Under the pieces are notes generated by a model, which saw only the letters and a program-made list of their open reading frames with translations, ran no database searches and was not told where the DNA came from. A stretch of 64,000 bases of DNA from Candidatus Entotheonellaceae bacterium (lineage in GTDB: Bacteria > Tectomicrobia > Entotheonellia > Entotheonellales > Entotheonellaceae): contig OZ250173.1 in assembly GCA_965238075.1 (NCBI GenBank), positions 2,240,001 through 2,304,000 of the forward strand, read 5' to 3'. A program made the translations under genes and the position numbers. Below are positions 49,556-59,994 of the stretch, piece by piece (positions within the stretch are counted from its first letter, which is position 1; each line of letters begins with the position of its first letter).

Positions 49556-50845
49556 ATGCAGATCACACGCATCAAAGACTTGGCACCGGACGCTTACGAG
49601 CGGTTGATGCGGCGGGCGGGGGCGGACGTGCAGCGCGTCATGCCGCAGGTGCAGGAGATCATGGCGGACGTGCGCGAGCGCGGCGATGCGGCGCTGCGAG
49701 AATACGCCGCGCGGTTCGACGGCGCTGCCGTGGATGAGATACGCGTCAGTGACGACGAGATTGCCGAGGCCAAGCGCCAGGTGGCGCCGGAGTTGCTGGC
49801 CAGCCTGCACCAGGCCAGAGACAACCTCGAACGCTTCCACCGCCAGCAACTTCCTGCCGAAGACCTGCACGAGTTGCAACCCGGTGTGCGCACCGGGCGC
49901 ATGTGGCGGCCCATCGAAAGGGTCGGTCTCTACGCCCCCGGCGGCAAGGCCCTGTACCCCTCCACGGTGCTGATGCTCGGGGTGCCGGCCATGGTGGCGG
50001 GCTGCGAGCGGCGGGTGTTGTGCATGCCGCCACAGAAAGACGGCAGCCTGCCCGCGGTCATGCTGGTCGCCGCTGCCTGCGTCGGCATCCGGGATATCTT
50101 CAAAGTGGGCGGCGCCCAGGCCATCGCCGCCATGACCTTCGGCACCGAGAGCGTGCCGCAGGTCTACAAAGTGTTCGGCCCCGGCAGCGTGTACGTGGTG
50201 GCCGCCAAAATCTGCGCCGCCAGCAGCGGCCTGCCGATTGCCATCGACTGCCCCCCCGGCCCGTCGGAAGTGCTGATCATCGCCGATCATACCGCCCAGC
50301 CGGCCTTCGTGGCTGCCGACCTGTTGTCCCAGGCCGAGCACGGCGAGGACTCGGCGGCTATCCTGCTCACTCCCAGCGAACCCCTGGCCCAGGAGGTGCA
50401 GGCGGCTGTCGAGCGACAGATACCCGAGTTGCCCAAGGCCCGGCGCATCCAGGCGGCCATCGACCGGTACGGGATGATCCTCGTTGCCGCCGACTTGCAA
50501 GCCTGCACCGATTTCGCCAACGCCTACGCACCCGAGCACCTGGAAATCATGACCGAGGACCCGTGGGCCGTGAGCCGCGATGTCGTCAATGCCGGATCGG
50601 TATTTCTCGGCCACTACTCGCCCGTCGCCATGGGCGATTACCTGTCGGGAACCAATCACGTCATCCCGACGGGCGGCTACGCCCGCATGTTTTCGCCGCT
50701 GTCGGTCGACGAATTCATCAAAAAGGTGGAAGTACAGGAACTGACGCCGCAGGGCTTGCAGGCGCTGCAAGAGCCGCTGCGCGTCCTGACCGCCGCGGAA
50801 GGCTTTACCGCGCACCAGCGGGCGGTGGACGTCCGCTTTAGCTAG
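49556..50845 (+). CDS. hisD: Histidinol dehydrogenase
   Basis: VGLYAPGG, YPSTVLM, GGAQAIAA, GPSEV, DLLSQAEH, APEHLE, GDY.SGTNHV.PT. Confidence 0.95.
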   Translation: MQITRIKDLAPDAYERLMRRAGADVQRVMPQVQEIMADVRERGDAALREYAARFDGAAVDEIRVSDDEIAEAKRQVAPELLASLHQARDNLERFHRQQLPAEDLHELQPGVRTGRMWRPIERVGLYAPGGKALYPSTVLMLGVPAMVAGCERRVLCMPPQKDGSLPAVMLVAAACVGIRDIFKVGGAQAIAAMTFGTESVPQVYKVFGPGSVYVVAAKICAASSGLPIAIDCPPGPSEVLIIADHTAQPAFVAADLLSQAEHGEDSAAILLTPSEPLAQEVQAAVERQIPELPKARRIQAAIDRYGMILVAADLQACTDFANAYAPEHLEIMTEDPWAVSRDVVNAGSVFLGHYSPVAMGDYLSGTNHVIPTGGYARMFSPLSVDEFIKKVEVQELTPQGLQALQEPLRVLTAAEGFTAHQRAVDVRFS

Positions 50846-50855
50846 GAATCACGCC

Positions 50856-53800
50856 ATGAGCCAGGAATACCGCTTTTTTGCCAAGTTCGTGCGGCGGGTG
50901 CAGCGCCGCCTCTATCAACGCCGTCTGGTACAGGGCGGCGTGCTGACGGGCACGGTGGTTCTGGCCCTGTTGCTGTTGGGCGTCGCGGTGCAGCCGCTGA
51001 TCGCCCGGCTGCCGCTGACCGCCGTGGTCTACAGCGCCGTGGCCCTGCTGGCCGTGTTGGCGCTGATCGTCTACGTGCTGCGACCGGCGATGCGCTGGGT
51101 GACGCAGAAGCAGGCTCTGGCGCGCATTGAGGAGACCTATCCTGGTTCGCACGACGACCTGCGCAACGCTCTGCAACTGGACGCCGAGGCACTGAGCCGC
51201 GCCAACCCGCACGGTGTGGCGCTTGAACTGGTGCAGGCGCTGCACCGGCGCGTCGCTCGTCAGATAACCGATTTCACGGCGCGCACCGTGGTACGACAGC
51301 GACGCCTGCAGGGCGTGGCCTGGTGCGCCATGCTGGTGCTGGCCGCGGTTGGCGTCAGCCGCCTGCAGCCCGGCGCCCTGGGCGAGTCGTGGCTTATGCT
51401 GACCCGACCCCTGTCCTACCTGCCGGCGCGCGCCATGCACATCACCATCGAGCCCGTTCAGGCGGTCATCGCGCGCGGCAGCAACCTCGACGTGCAGGCG
51501 CAGGTGAGCGGCCGTTTGCCGCGCAGTATGCAAATCCGCCTGCAACGCGACGGTGAGGCCGCGCAATCGTATGACATGGAAGGCCAGGAGCCCGGCGTCT
51601 TCCGCTACACCATTCTCGAACCGCAGGCGTCGCTGAGCTTTCAGGCCGTCAGTGGCGGTTACGCCTCCGAAGCCGGCGCGTTGCAGGTGGTGCCCGCCCC
51701 GGCCGTTGGCCAACTGGTGCTGCGCTACCTGTTTCCCGACTACACCGGCCTGCCCGAACAGGTGCAGGAGGGCGGCGGCGACATCCGGGCGCTGCCCGGC
51801 ACCCAGGTGCGCCTCAGCATGCGCGCCAACGTTCCTCTGGCCAGCGGCCGCATGCGTTTCGAGGTCGGCGATGAAGTCCCCCTCGCTATTACCGACGGCC
51901 AGGAACTGCGCGGCGAGTTGCTGGTCATGCAGAACGACGCCTACGTCATCGAGGTCGAAGACCTGCACGGCCTGAAGAACTCCCGCCCGCCGCGCTTTGC
52001 GGTGCACGTGCAGCCCGACGCAGTGCCCACCGTTGAGGTGATCGAACCCGGCGACGGTGTTGAAGTAGACGAAACCACCGCCCTGAGCATCCGCTACGAG
52101 GCGGCGGATGATTTCGGCCTGCAAAACGCCGCCCTGGTCTACTTCGGCCCGGCCGCCGGCGAGCAGCGTGTGCCGATGCACCAGGGCCGCTTCGACCGCT
52201 CGTCCGTCTTCGAGACCTTCACCTGGAACATGCAGGACTGGGTACTGCCGGACGGCGACACCCTGCAGTTCTACGTCGAGGTGTACGACAACGACACCAT
52301 CAGCGGCCCCAAACGCGGCGTGTCGGAGACCGTGACCCTGCGCATGCGGAACCGTGAACAGGAGCACGATGAGCTGGAGCAGTTGCAGGAAGAGGTGGCC
52401 GACGCCATGCTCGATCTGCTCGCCGACCACCTCGACCTGGCCGCCGAATTCGAGGAGTGGCAGGAGCAGGCCGAAGCGGATGAGGAACTCGACCCCAACG
52501 CTCTGAAACAGGCCCAAGAGCGCCAGCAGGAGGCTGAGCAGCGCGCCGAGCAGCTCGCCGAGCAGGTGGATGAGGCCCTCGCCAGGGTTCAGAACGACCC
52601 GTACAGCTCGTACGAGAGCTTTGCCGATTTGCAGGCTCTGCAGCGGAACATGGAGCGTATGCAGAACAATCTGATGCCGGCGCTGCAGCAGAGCATGCAG
52701 GCCATGCCGCAGCAGAACGCCTCGCCGTCGCAAATGTCCGAACCACAGGAGCGGCTTGAAGACGTACTGGAGGAGTTGGAGCGCATGGCGTCGCTGTCCG
52801 AGCAGATCGCCGATAGCGAGAAGATGCAGGACCTGAAGCGCCTCAGCACCAAGATGATGGAGGAGCAGAATTCCCTGCTGTCGGCGCTCGACGATCTGCC
52901 GCCGGATTTTCAGGGCGGTGAGTTGCCGCCGGAACTCCAGGAGATGCTGGACAACCTGCAATCCATGATGCAGCAACTCATGGAGGCCATGGCGCAGATG
53001 CCCACAGCCATGTCCGACGAGTTTCTCAACAGCCAGCTCGAAAATCTGCCGCTGGACGACATGGCGCAGCAAATGCAGGAGTTGCGGGAAAAACTGGCCG
53101 AAGGCGATCTTGAGGCCGCCAAGAAATTGGCCGAGGACCTGTTGAAGAACTTGTCGGCGATGGTGGCCGCCATGCAGAACATGCAGCAACAGGCGAACGA
53201 GGGCACGATGGACGCCATGGGGCAGCAGTTGATGGAGTCGGCCAATCGCCTGCAGGATTTGGTGCAGCGTCAGGAGGACATTCTGGACGACACGCAGCAG
53301 ATCGACCAGGACGCGGTGAAGCGGCTCAACGAGGCGCAGCAGCAGGCGTTCGAGTCGGCGCGTCAGACGATTGAGGATGAGTTGAACGCGCTGTCGCGGC
53401 AGTTGGCGGAATGGGCGCAACGCTCGCGCCGGCAGCCGGACGCCGACCGCATGTTCGAGGAAGTTGCGCGGCATACGCTGCGGCCGGTGTTCGACGCTAT
53501 GAAGCACCTGGACGAGCCCGACGTGCCAAAGGCGCGGCAGGCTATGCAGGATGCCCAGGAACAACTCGATTGGCTGCAGCAGCGCGCCGCCCAGACGATG
53601 CCGGACGATGCCGGCCTGCAGCAGCAAACGGCGCAGGCGCAGCAGCGCATGCAGGCCGCGCAGCAGGCCCTCGACAGCCTGCCGCAGGACCGCCACGCCA
53701 TGCTGACGCCGCCGCAGCGCGAGCAACTCGGCGGCCTGTCGCAGCAGCAGGCTGGGGTGCAGGCAGACGCGCAGCAATTGGCCGAGGAACTGGCGCAGAT

Positions 53801-54257
53801 GATGCCGTTGCTGCCGTCGCTGCCGGGCGACATCAGCCAGAACGTGCAGGACGCCGTGCCCTTCATGGGTCAGGCCCGGGACGCCCTCGGCAACCAGCAA
53901 AGCCAGCCCGCCATTCCGCCCGAGCAGGCCGCCCTGGAGCGCCTGCGCAGCGCCAACACCAGCATGCAGCAGGCCATGCAGGGCATGCAGCAGCGCGGCC
54001 AGATGATGGGCATGTCCATGCCCATGCTGCAGCAGGCCGGCCGCATGCCCATACCGGGGATGATGCAGCAGATGCGCGTTGACGAGCAGGAGGCGGGCCG
54101 GATGGGGACCAGCGTGCGCAATTTCCAGTTGCCCGACAAGGAGGCGTACAAGGTGCCGCGCATGTTCCGCGAGGACATCATGGAGGCGCTGCAAGAGGGC
54201 TACCCGGAACGCTACAAGGAACGCATCGAGCAGTATTATCGGGATATCGTCCGTTGA
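50856..54257 (+). CDS. DUF4175-like membrane protein with Ig-like region and long Q/M-rich coiled coil
   Basis: Three N-terminal TMs, PDYTGL, D..P.V, A.DDFGL, DND.ISGPK, C-terminal FREDIMEAL...YPERY...IEQYY. Confidence 0.75.
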   Translation: MSQEYRFFAKFVRRVQRRLYQRRLVQGGVLTGTVVLALLLLGVAVQPLIARLPLTAVVYSAVALLAVLALIVYVLRPAMRWVTQKQALARIEETYPGSHDDLRNALQLDAEALSRANPHGVALELVQALHRRVARQITDFTARTVVRQRRLQGVAWCAMLVLAAVGVSRLQPGALGESWLMLTRPLSYLPARAMHITIEPVQAVIARGSNLDVQAQVSGRLPRSMQIRLQRDGEAAQSYDMEGQEPGVFRYTILEPQASLSFQAVSGGYASEAGALQVVPAPAVGQLVLRYLFPDYTGLPEQVQEGGGDIRALPGTQVRLSMRANVPLASGRMRFEVGDEVPLAITDGQELRGELLVMQNDAYVIEVEDLHGLKNSRPPRFAVHVQPDAVPTVEVIEPGDGVEVDETTALSIRYEAADDFGLQNAALVYFGPAAGEQRVPMHQGRFDRSSVFETFTWNMQDWVLPDGDTLQFYVEVYDNDTISGPKRGVSETVTLRMRNREQEHDELEQLQEEVADAMLDLLADHLDLAAEFEEWQEQAEADEELDPNALKQAQERQQEAEQRAEQLAEQVDEALARVQNDPYSSYESFADLQALQRNMERMQNNLMPALQQSMQAMPQQNASPSQMSEPQERLEDVLEELERMASLSEQIADSEKMQDLKRLSTKMMEEQNSLLSALDDLPPDFQGGELPPELQEMLDNLQSMMQQLMEAMAQMPTAMSDEFLNSQLENLPLDDMAQQMQELREKLAEGDLEAAKKLAEDLLKNLSAMVAAMQNMQQQANEGTMDAMGQQLMESANRLQDLVQRQEDILDDTQQIDQDAVKRLNEAQQQAFESARQTIEDELNALSRQLAEWAQRSRRQPDADRMFEEVARHTLRPVFDAMKHLDEPDVPKARQAMQDAQEQLDWLQQRAAQTMPDDAGLQQQTAQAQQRMQAAQQALDSLPQDRHAMLTPPQREQLGGLSQQQAGVQADAQQLAEELAQMMPLLPSLPGDISQNVQDAVPFMGQARDALGNQQSQPAIPPEQAALERLRSANTSMQQAMQGMQQRGQMMGMSMPMLQQAGRMPIPGMMQQMRVDEQEAGRMGTSVRNFQLPDKEAYKVPRMFREDIMEALQEGYPERYKERIEQYYRDIVR

Positions 54258-55858
54258 GCCGTGTCAATTTTCAACACCTCGTGGCTATCGTCGTTTGCCT
54301 CTGTTTGTTGCCGGCTGCTGCCTGGGGCATGCGGCAGGGCAAGGAAGGCGAGGCTCGTTTGGCGAACGAGGGCGAGGTGCTGCTGGACCGCTGGCAGGCA
54401 GACGCCGCCCTTGACTGGGTGGAAGCCAAGCTGGCCGCCGAACCGATGCAGCCCGCGTGGCGGTTCCTTCACGGTCGCGCGCTGTTTTACCAGGGCCGCT
54501 ACCAGGAAGCCCTCGACATCTTCGACGCCTTGCTCGACGTGTTGCCGCATCCGCGGTTTCAGGCCTACCGTGACTTTGTCGCCGAAACCCAGCGCAGCAC
54601 GGCGGACCTGGAACTTCTGGAAACGCCGCACTTCCGCATCTACATCGACCCCCAGCGCGACGCCGCCTTGATGCCGTACGTGGCCGACGTGCTGGAGCGC
54701 AGCTATCAACGCTTGGGTGGTACCTTTCAGTTCTTCCCCGCGGAAAAGATTCGCGTCGAGATTTTTCCCACCACCTCGACCTTCTACCCGGCGTCCAGCC
54801 TCTCCGCCCGCGACATCGAGGTGTCGGGCGCCATCGGCATCTGCAAATTCAACAAGATCATGCTGTTGTCGCCGCGCAATTTGGCGCGCGGGTATCGTTG
54901 GACGGACTCCCTGAGCCACGAATACATTCATTACATCCTGGTGCATCTGAGCCACAACCGGGCGCCGATCTGGCTGCACGAGGGCATGGCGCGCTACTTC
55001 GAGGGCGTCTGGCGGGCCGACTCCAGGGCGCAGCCGGGCTGGCTGAACCGCCGCACCGAGTCGCTGCTGGCGCACGCCCTGGCCAACAACAGCTTCGTGG
55101 GCTTCAAGAACATGGAGCCCTCGCTGGTCAAGCTGGAGACGACCTACCAGGTGCAGCTTGGGTACGCCGAGGCCGCCTCGGCCATCGACTTCATCGTGCA
55201 GCGGCTCGGCTTCGAGGGGTTGCCGTTGTTGCTGCAAGAGCTGCAGCAGGCGCCGGAAGGGGCGGGCGCCGCGGAAGCGATCGCGCGCCTGATGGGCCTT
55301 GGGTTCGATGCCTTTGAAACGCAGTGGCGTCAGTTTCTGATGGCGCGTGATCTAAAGGCGCACGACGGCGTGCGCATGCCCCGGTTCGACCTGAAACAGG
55401 ACGGCAAGACGACGGCGGCCGATCTGCGCCGCGAAATCAGCTCCGGCAGGGCGCGCATGCACAGCCGCCTGGGCGACCGGCTGCGCCGCCGCGGGCGCCT
55501 GCCGGCGGCCGCCATGGAGTATCGCCGCGCCCTGGAGCAGGAACCGCAGTCGCCGTTCCTGCTCAACAAGCTGGCCACGGCGTTGATGGCGCAGGGGCGG
55601 CGGCAGCAAGCCCTGCGGCACCTGCTGCGGGCCAGCGAGCTGGAGACGGATTACGTCGCCACGTACACCAATCTGGGCGGGTTGTACATCGTCTTGGGCG
55701 AATACGAGCAGGCGTGCGAGGCGTTGGCGGAGGCGACCCAGATCAATCCGTTTGACCCCACGGTGCACCTGCATCTGGCCACCTGCCACGCGCAGTTGGG
55801 CCAGGAAGACAAAGCGCAACAGGAACGGCAACTGTTCGAGCAACTTAAGGGAAGCTGA
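54254..55858 (+). CDS. Exported TPR / peptidase MA-like (HExxH) protein
   Basis: Signal peptide, TPRs at both ends, LSHEYIH...PIWLHEGMA. Confidence 0.82.
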   Translation: MSRVNFQHLVAIVVCLCLLPAAAWGMRQGKEGEARLANEGEVLLDRWQADAALDWVEAKLAAEPMQPAWRFLHGRALFYQGRYQEALDIFDALLDVLPHPRFQAYRDFVAETQRSTADLELLETPHFRIYIDPQRDAALMPYVADVLERSYQRLGGTFQFFPAEKIRVEIFPTTSTFYPASSLSARDIEVSGAIGICKFNKIMLLSPRNLARGYRWTDSLSHEYIHYILVHLSHNRAPIWLHEGMARYFEGVWRADSRAQPGWLNRRTESLLAHALANNSFVGFKNMEPSLVKLETTYQVQLGYAEAASAIDFIVQRLGFEGLPLLLQELQQAPEGAGAAEAIARLMGLGFDAFETQWRQFLMARDLKAHDGVRMPRFDLKQDGKTTAADLRREISSGRARMHSRLGDRLRRRGRLPAAAMEYRRALEQEPQSPFLLNKLATALMAQGRRQQALRHLLRASELETDYVATYTNLGGLYIVLGEYEQACEALAEATQINPFDPTVHLHLATCHAQLGQEDKAQQERQLFEQLKGS

Positions 55859-55861
55859 TAA

Positions 55862-56917
55862 ATGGAACACGCAAGCGGGGCTGAGGAAGCGGTGGCAACG
55901 GTCGACGAGAACGGCAACATCGAGGAGGTGGAGGCGGTCGCCGAGATTGCCAGGCAGCGGCAGCTCATTCTCCAAGAAATCAAGAAGGTCATCGTCGGGC
56001 AGGACGCCGTCATCGAGGAACTGTTGATCGCCCTGTTGGCACAGGGGCACTGTCTGCTGGTCGGGGTGCCGGGATTGGCCAAGACGCTGCTGGTGAGCAC
56101 GCTGTCCGACGTGCTGCACCTGAGCTTCAACCGCGTGCAGTTTACCCCCGACCTGATGCCCTCGGACATCACCGGCACCGACCTGCTGGAGGAAGACCCG
56201 GAGACGCGCCAGCGGCGCTACCGCTTCCTGCGCGGCCCCATTTTCGCCAACATCTTGCTGGCCGACGAGATCAATCGCACGCCGCCCAAAACGCAGGCCG
56301 CGCTGTTGCAGGCGATGCAGGAATACCGCGTCACCGCCAGCGGTCAGACGTACGGGCTCGACCTGCCCTTTTTCGTGCTGGCGACCCAGAACCCCATCGA
56401 GCAGGAGGGCACCTACCCGCTGCCGGAGGCGCAGCTCGACCGCTTCATGTTCCACATCGGCATCGACTACCCCGACCTGGACGACGAGGTGGACATCGTT
56501 CTCAACAGCACCTCGGCCTACAAGCCGCAACTGGAGCGAGTCCTCAGCGCCGACACCATCCTGCGCCTGCAGGACCTGGTGCGGCGGGTGCCGGCGACCC
56601 GCTCGGTGGTGCGCTACGCGGCGCAATTGTCGCAGCGCTCGCGGCCCGGGCATCCGCAGGCACCGGACTTCGTGCGCGACTGGGTCAACTGGGGCGCCGG
56701 GCCGCGCGCTTCGCAGTACCTCATCCTGGGGGCCAAGGCGCGTGCCATCATGCACGGGCGTTTCGCCGCCTCGGCGGAGGACGTCAAGGCGCTGGCGCCC
56801 TCGGTGCTGCGGCACCGCATCCTCACCAATTTCAATGCTGAGGCCGAAGGCATGACCTCGCTCGACATCGTGCAGCGGCTGCTGGACGATGTGCAGCTCG
56901 AAGGGAACGAGGCGTGA
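55862..56917 (+). CDS. MoxR-family AAA+ ATPase
   Basis: GVPGLAKT, RVQFTPDLMPSDITG, LADEINRTPPKTQAALL, ATQNPIEQEGTYPLPEAQLDRF. Confidence 0.96.
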   Translation: MEHASGAEEAVATVDENGNIEEVEAVAEIARQRQLILQEIKKVIVGQDAVIEELLIALLAQGHCLLVGVPGLAKTLLVSTLSDVLHLSFNRVQFTPDLMPSDITGTDLLEEDPETRQRRYRFLRGPIFANILLADEINRTPPKTQAALLQAMQEYRVTASGQTYGLDLPFFVLATQNPIEQEGTYPLPEAQLDRFMFHIGIDYPDLDDEVDIVLNSTSAYKPQLERVLSADTILRLQDLVRRVPATRSVVRYAAQLSQRSRPGHPQAPDFVRDWVNWGAGPRASQYLILGAKARAIMHGRFAASAEDVKALAPSVLRHRILTNFNAEAEGMTSLDIVQRLLDDVQLEGNEA

Positions 56918-57837
56918 GAGGCACAACGCCGCGAGTTGCCCGTCAACAGCTTGGCCGTAGCTATTTTGACCCCCTGGTTCTCGCCAAAATCGCCAACATG
57001 TCGGTGCGTGCCCGGCACGTCGTCGAGGGTCTGCTGAGCGGCATGCACAAAAGCCCGTACCGGGGCCACAGCGTCGAGTTCGCCGAGCACCGCGAGTACG
57101 TGCCGGGGGACGAAATTCGCCGCATCGACTGGAAGGCGTACGGCAAGTTCGACCGCTATTACATCAAGGAATACGAAGAGGAAACGAACCTGCGGGCGTA
57201 CCTGCTGCTCGACGCCAGCGCCTCGATGGACTACGCCGCCGACGAGTCGGTGCTGCGCAAGTTCGATTACGCCGCCACCCTGGCCGCTTCGCTGGCCTAT
57301 CTGATGCTGCGGCAGGGCGACGAGGTGGGACTGGTGACCTTCAATGCCGAAATGCAGCGCTACATTCCGCCGCGCAGCGGCATCCGGCACCTGCGGGAGT
57401 TGGCCGGCCACCTGGAGAGCGTGCAGCCGCAGGGCGAGACGCACCTCGGCCCGGCGCTGCGCGAGCTGGCGGGCAAGATCAGGCAGCGTGGCTTGGTGAT
57501 CGTCATTTCGGATTTATTCGACGATCCGGAATCCGTTCTGCGCACCCTGCGTTCGTTCCGCCACCGGCGGCACGAGGTGCTGGTGTTCCAGGTGCTGGAC
57601 CGCAACGAGCTTGAATTTCCCTTCCAACGGCTGACGGTGTTCGAGGACATCGAGCAGGCGAGCAGCCGCATTCTGTCGGAGCCGAGGAGCATCCGGGCCG
57701 CCTATCTGCAACAACTGCAGACGTTTCTGGGCGACTACCAGCGGGTCTGCAGGCGCGATGCGATCGACTATCACCTGTTTCCGACGACAACCCCGCTGGA
57801 CGTGGCGCTGACGCGGTACCTGGCGCGGCGGCAGTAG
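56914..57837 (+). CDS. DUF58 (VWA-like) protein
   Basis: G.H.S...G.SVEFAEHREY.PGDE.R.IDWK, LDASASM, VISD. Confidence 0.93.
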   Translation: MRGTTPRVARQQLGRSYFDPLVLAKIANMSVRARHVVEGLLSGMHKSPYRGHSVEFAEHREYVPGDEIRRIDWKAYGKFDRYYIKEYEEETNLRAYLLLDASASMDYAADESVLRKFDYAATLAASLAYLMLRQGDEVGLVTFNAEMQRYIPPRSGIRHLRELAGHLESVQPQGETHLGPALRELAGKIRQRGLVIVISDLFDDPESVLRTLRSFRHRRHEVLVFQVLDRNELEFPFQRLTVFEDIEQASSRILSEPRSIRAAYLQQLQTFLGDYQRVCRRDAIDYHLFPTTTPLDVALTRYLARRQ

Positions 57838-57846
57838 GGAGGCAGC

Positions 57847-59976
57847 ATGTTTGGCTTGATGTTTCTGCAGCCGGCGTTCCTGCTGGCCGGTCTGGCGGCC
57901 GGTGTGCCGATTCTGATCCACCTGATCAATCGGCACCGGGCGCTGGTACACCGCTTTCCGGCGCTGCGCTTCCTGCTGATGGCGGACCGGCGCACGGCGC
58001 GCAAGTTCCGCTTGTACCAATTGCTGCTGCTGGCCCTGCGGGTACTGGCGATTCTGCTGCTGGCGCTGCTCCTGTCGCAGCCGCGTTGGGGCGACGAGGC
58101 GAGTGCGGCCCTGGCGTTGCCGCCGCAGGCGACGGTGTTGCTGGTGGACAACAGCCTCAGCATGCAGTTGCGCGACGGCCAGGAGACCCGACTGGAGCGC
58201 GCCAAGACGCTGGCGGGTCAGTTGCTGGATGGGATTGCGGCGCCGGACAGCGCGGTTGTGCTGCCGCTGGTGACGGATGATGCCGATACCGATGCGAAGC
58301 CGCCCCTGTTGGGTGCCGATGCGGCGGCGTTGTGGGATCAGGTGCGCGCCATTTCGGCCAGCCACGCGGCGGTAGACATCGCGGCTGCGGTGCAGCGGGC
58401 CATCGAGATATTGCAGGCGAGCACGGCGCCGAGGCGGCGGCTGATGCTGCTGACCGATCTGACGGTGCATGGCTGGGAAGGTTTTCGGGTGTCGGATCTG
58501 CCGCGGGTACCGGAAGACCTGGTTGTGCACGTAATTCGCCTCGGCTCGCCGCAGCGCGACGCCAACGCCCTGATCAGCGGCGTGCGCGTTACCGAGCCGC
58601 CGTTTATCGAGCAGACGCCGTTGGACGTCACCGTGTGGGTCCGCAATCACAGCGACGAGCCGGTGCGCAGCCTGCGGGTTGATCTGTTGCTCGGCGGCGA
58701 GACGGTTGGCCAGCAACTGGCCGACCTGGCTGCCGATGAGGAGGTAGCCGTTCCCTTCCGCATCGTGGCGCCGCAGGCGGGGCTGCACTGGGGCGAGGTG
58801 CGTTTGCAGGGCGACGCGTTTACCGAGGATGATCGGTTCTACGTCGCGCTGCAGACGGTGGCACCGGCGCGGGTGCTGGTGGTGGACGGCGATCCGGGCA
58901 CGTCGCTGTTCGACAGCGAGACGTTCTACCTGCTCAGTGCCCTGCAGCCGCGCGGCTCGCTGGGGTCGCCGCTGTTCCACCCGAAGCCGCTGATCTGGGA
59001 GGGCCTGGAGCAGGAGCGGCTGAGCGATTACAGCGTCATCGTCCTGTGCAACGTCGAGGCGCTGTCGCCGCAGGTGCGCCAAGGGCTGCACCAGTTCGTG
59101 GCCGACGGCGGCGGGCTGATTTTCTTCACCGGTCATCAGGTGGACGCGACGCGTTACAACGCCCTGTTTTACGGCTCGGACACGCCGCTATTGCCGGTGG
59201 CTCTGGGCGAGCCGGTGCAGCTACCCGAGGAAGCGCCGGTGACGCTGCAACTGGCCGACAACGCGCACGAGGCCGTGGCGGTCTTCACTGGTGGCGCGGC
59301 GGACATGCTGACGCGCAGCCGGGTTTATCGCTATTTCTCAGTGGCCGAGGACGAGGCGGCAGGTGCGGACGTGTTGCTGTCGTACGACGACGGCCGACCG
59401 TTCCTGCTCGAACGCTCCCTGGGCCGCGGGTATGTGCTGCTGTTCACCTCCACCGCCGACCGCGACTGGACGGACCTGCCGACGCGGACGGCATACGTGC
59501 CTTTGATGCACAGTCTGGTCGGATACGCCGCGCAGCTTTCCAAGGCGGCGCAGCGTCCGCAGGTGTTTCTGCCCGGCCCGACGTCGGTGCGTATCCAGGG
59601 GGCGCAGGAGGGCGGCAGCCTCACCATTCTCACCCCGGACGGCAAGGAGTTTCTGAGCCGTTTCGTGACTCAGGAAGGCGTCATTGGGGCGCCGGTGACG
59701 GACTACACCGTGCCGGGCATTTACCGCCTCAGCAGCAGCGCCGACACCGACTACCTCGCCGTGAATGCTACGCGGGCGGAGTCGAACTTTGCCAAATTGC
59801 AGCAGGCCGATCTGCAGGCGCGCTGGCAGCCGTTGTCCGTTATATTGGAGGAAGAAGCGGCGCTCGGCCAACAGGCCGACGGCACGGCGCTGCCGGGCCG
59901 CGAGATCGCCGGGATACTGCTGCTTTCCCTGGTGGCGGTGTTGATGGTCGAGAACGTCTGCGCCAACCGTTTGTGA
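57847..59976 (+). CDS. BatA-domain / VWA membrane protein with GATase-like domain
   Basis: FLQP.FL.GL...VPILIHL..R....FPALRFL, DNSLSM MIDAS, LTD, C-terminal TM. Confidence 0.88.
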   Translation: MFGLMFLQPAFLLAGLAAGVPILIHLINRHRALVHRFPALRFLLMADRRTARKFRLYQLLLLALRVLAILLLALLLSQPRWGDEASAALALPPQATVLLVDNSLSMQLRDGQETRLERAKTLAGQLLDGIAAPDSAVVLPLVTDDADTDAKPPLLGADAAALWDQVRAISASHAAVDIAAAVQRAIEILQASTAPRRRLMLLTDLTVHGWEGFRVSDLPRVPEDLVVHVIRLGSPQRDANALISGVRVTEPPFIEQTPLDVTVWVRNHSDEPVRSLRVDLLLGGETVGQQLADLAADEEVAVPFRIVAPQAGLHWGEVRLQGDAFTEDDRFYVALQTVAPARVLVVDGDPGTSLFDSETFYLLSALQPRGSLGSPLFHPKPLIWEGLEQERLSDYSVIVLCNVEALSPQVRQGLHQFVADGGGLIFFTGHQVDATRYNALFYGSDTPLLPVALGEPVQLPEEAPVTLQLADNAHEAVAVFTGGAADMLTRSRVYRYFSVAEDEAAGADVLLSYDDGRPFLLERSLGRGYVLLFTSTADRDWTDLPTRTAYVPLMHSLVGYAAQLSKAAQRPQVFLPGPTSVRIQGAQEGGSLTILTPDGKEFLSRFVTQEGVIGAPVTDYTVPGIYRLSSSADTDYLAVNATRAESNFAKLQQADLQARWQPLSVILEEEAALGQQADGTALPGREIAGILLLSLVAVLMVENVCANRL

Positions 59977-59994
59977 GGCGGGGAGGTGAGACCG

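Noticed and set aside
52350-54100. Q/M/E-rich low-complexity DNA as a nucleotide repeat array
   Set aside because: Explained by coiled-coil amino-acid composition; no exact DNA periodicity seen.
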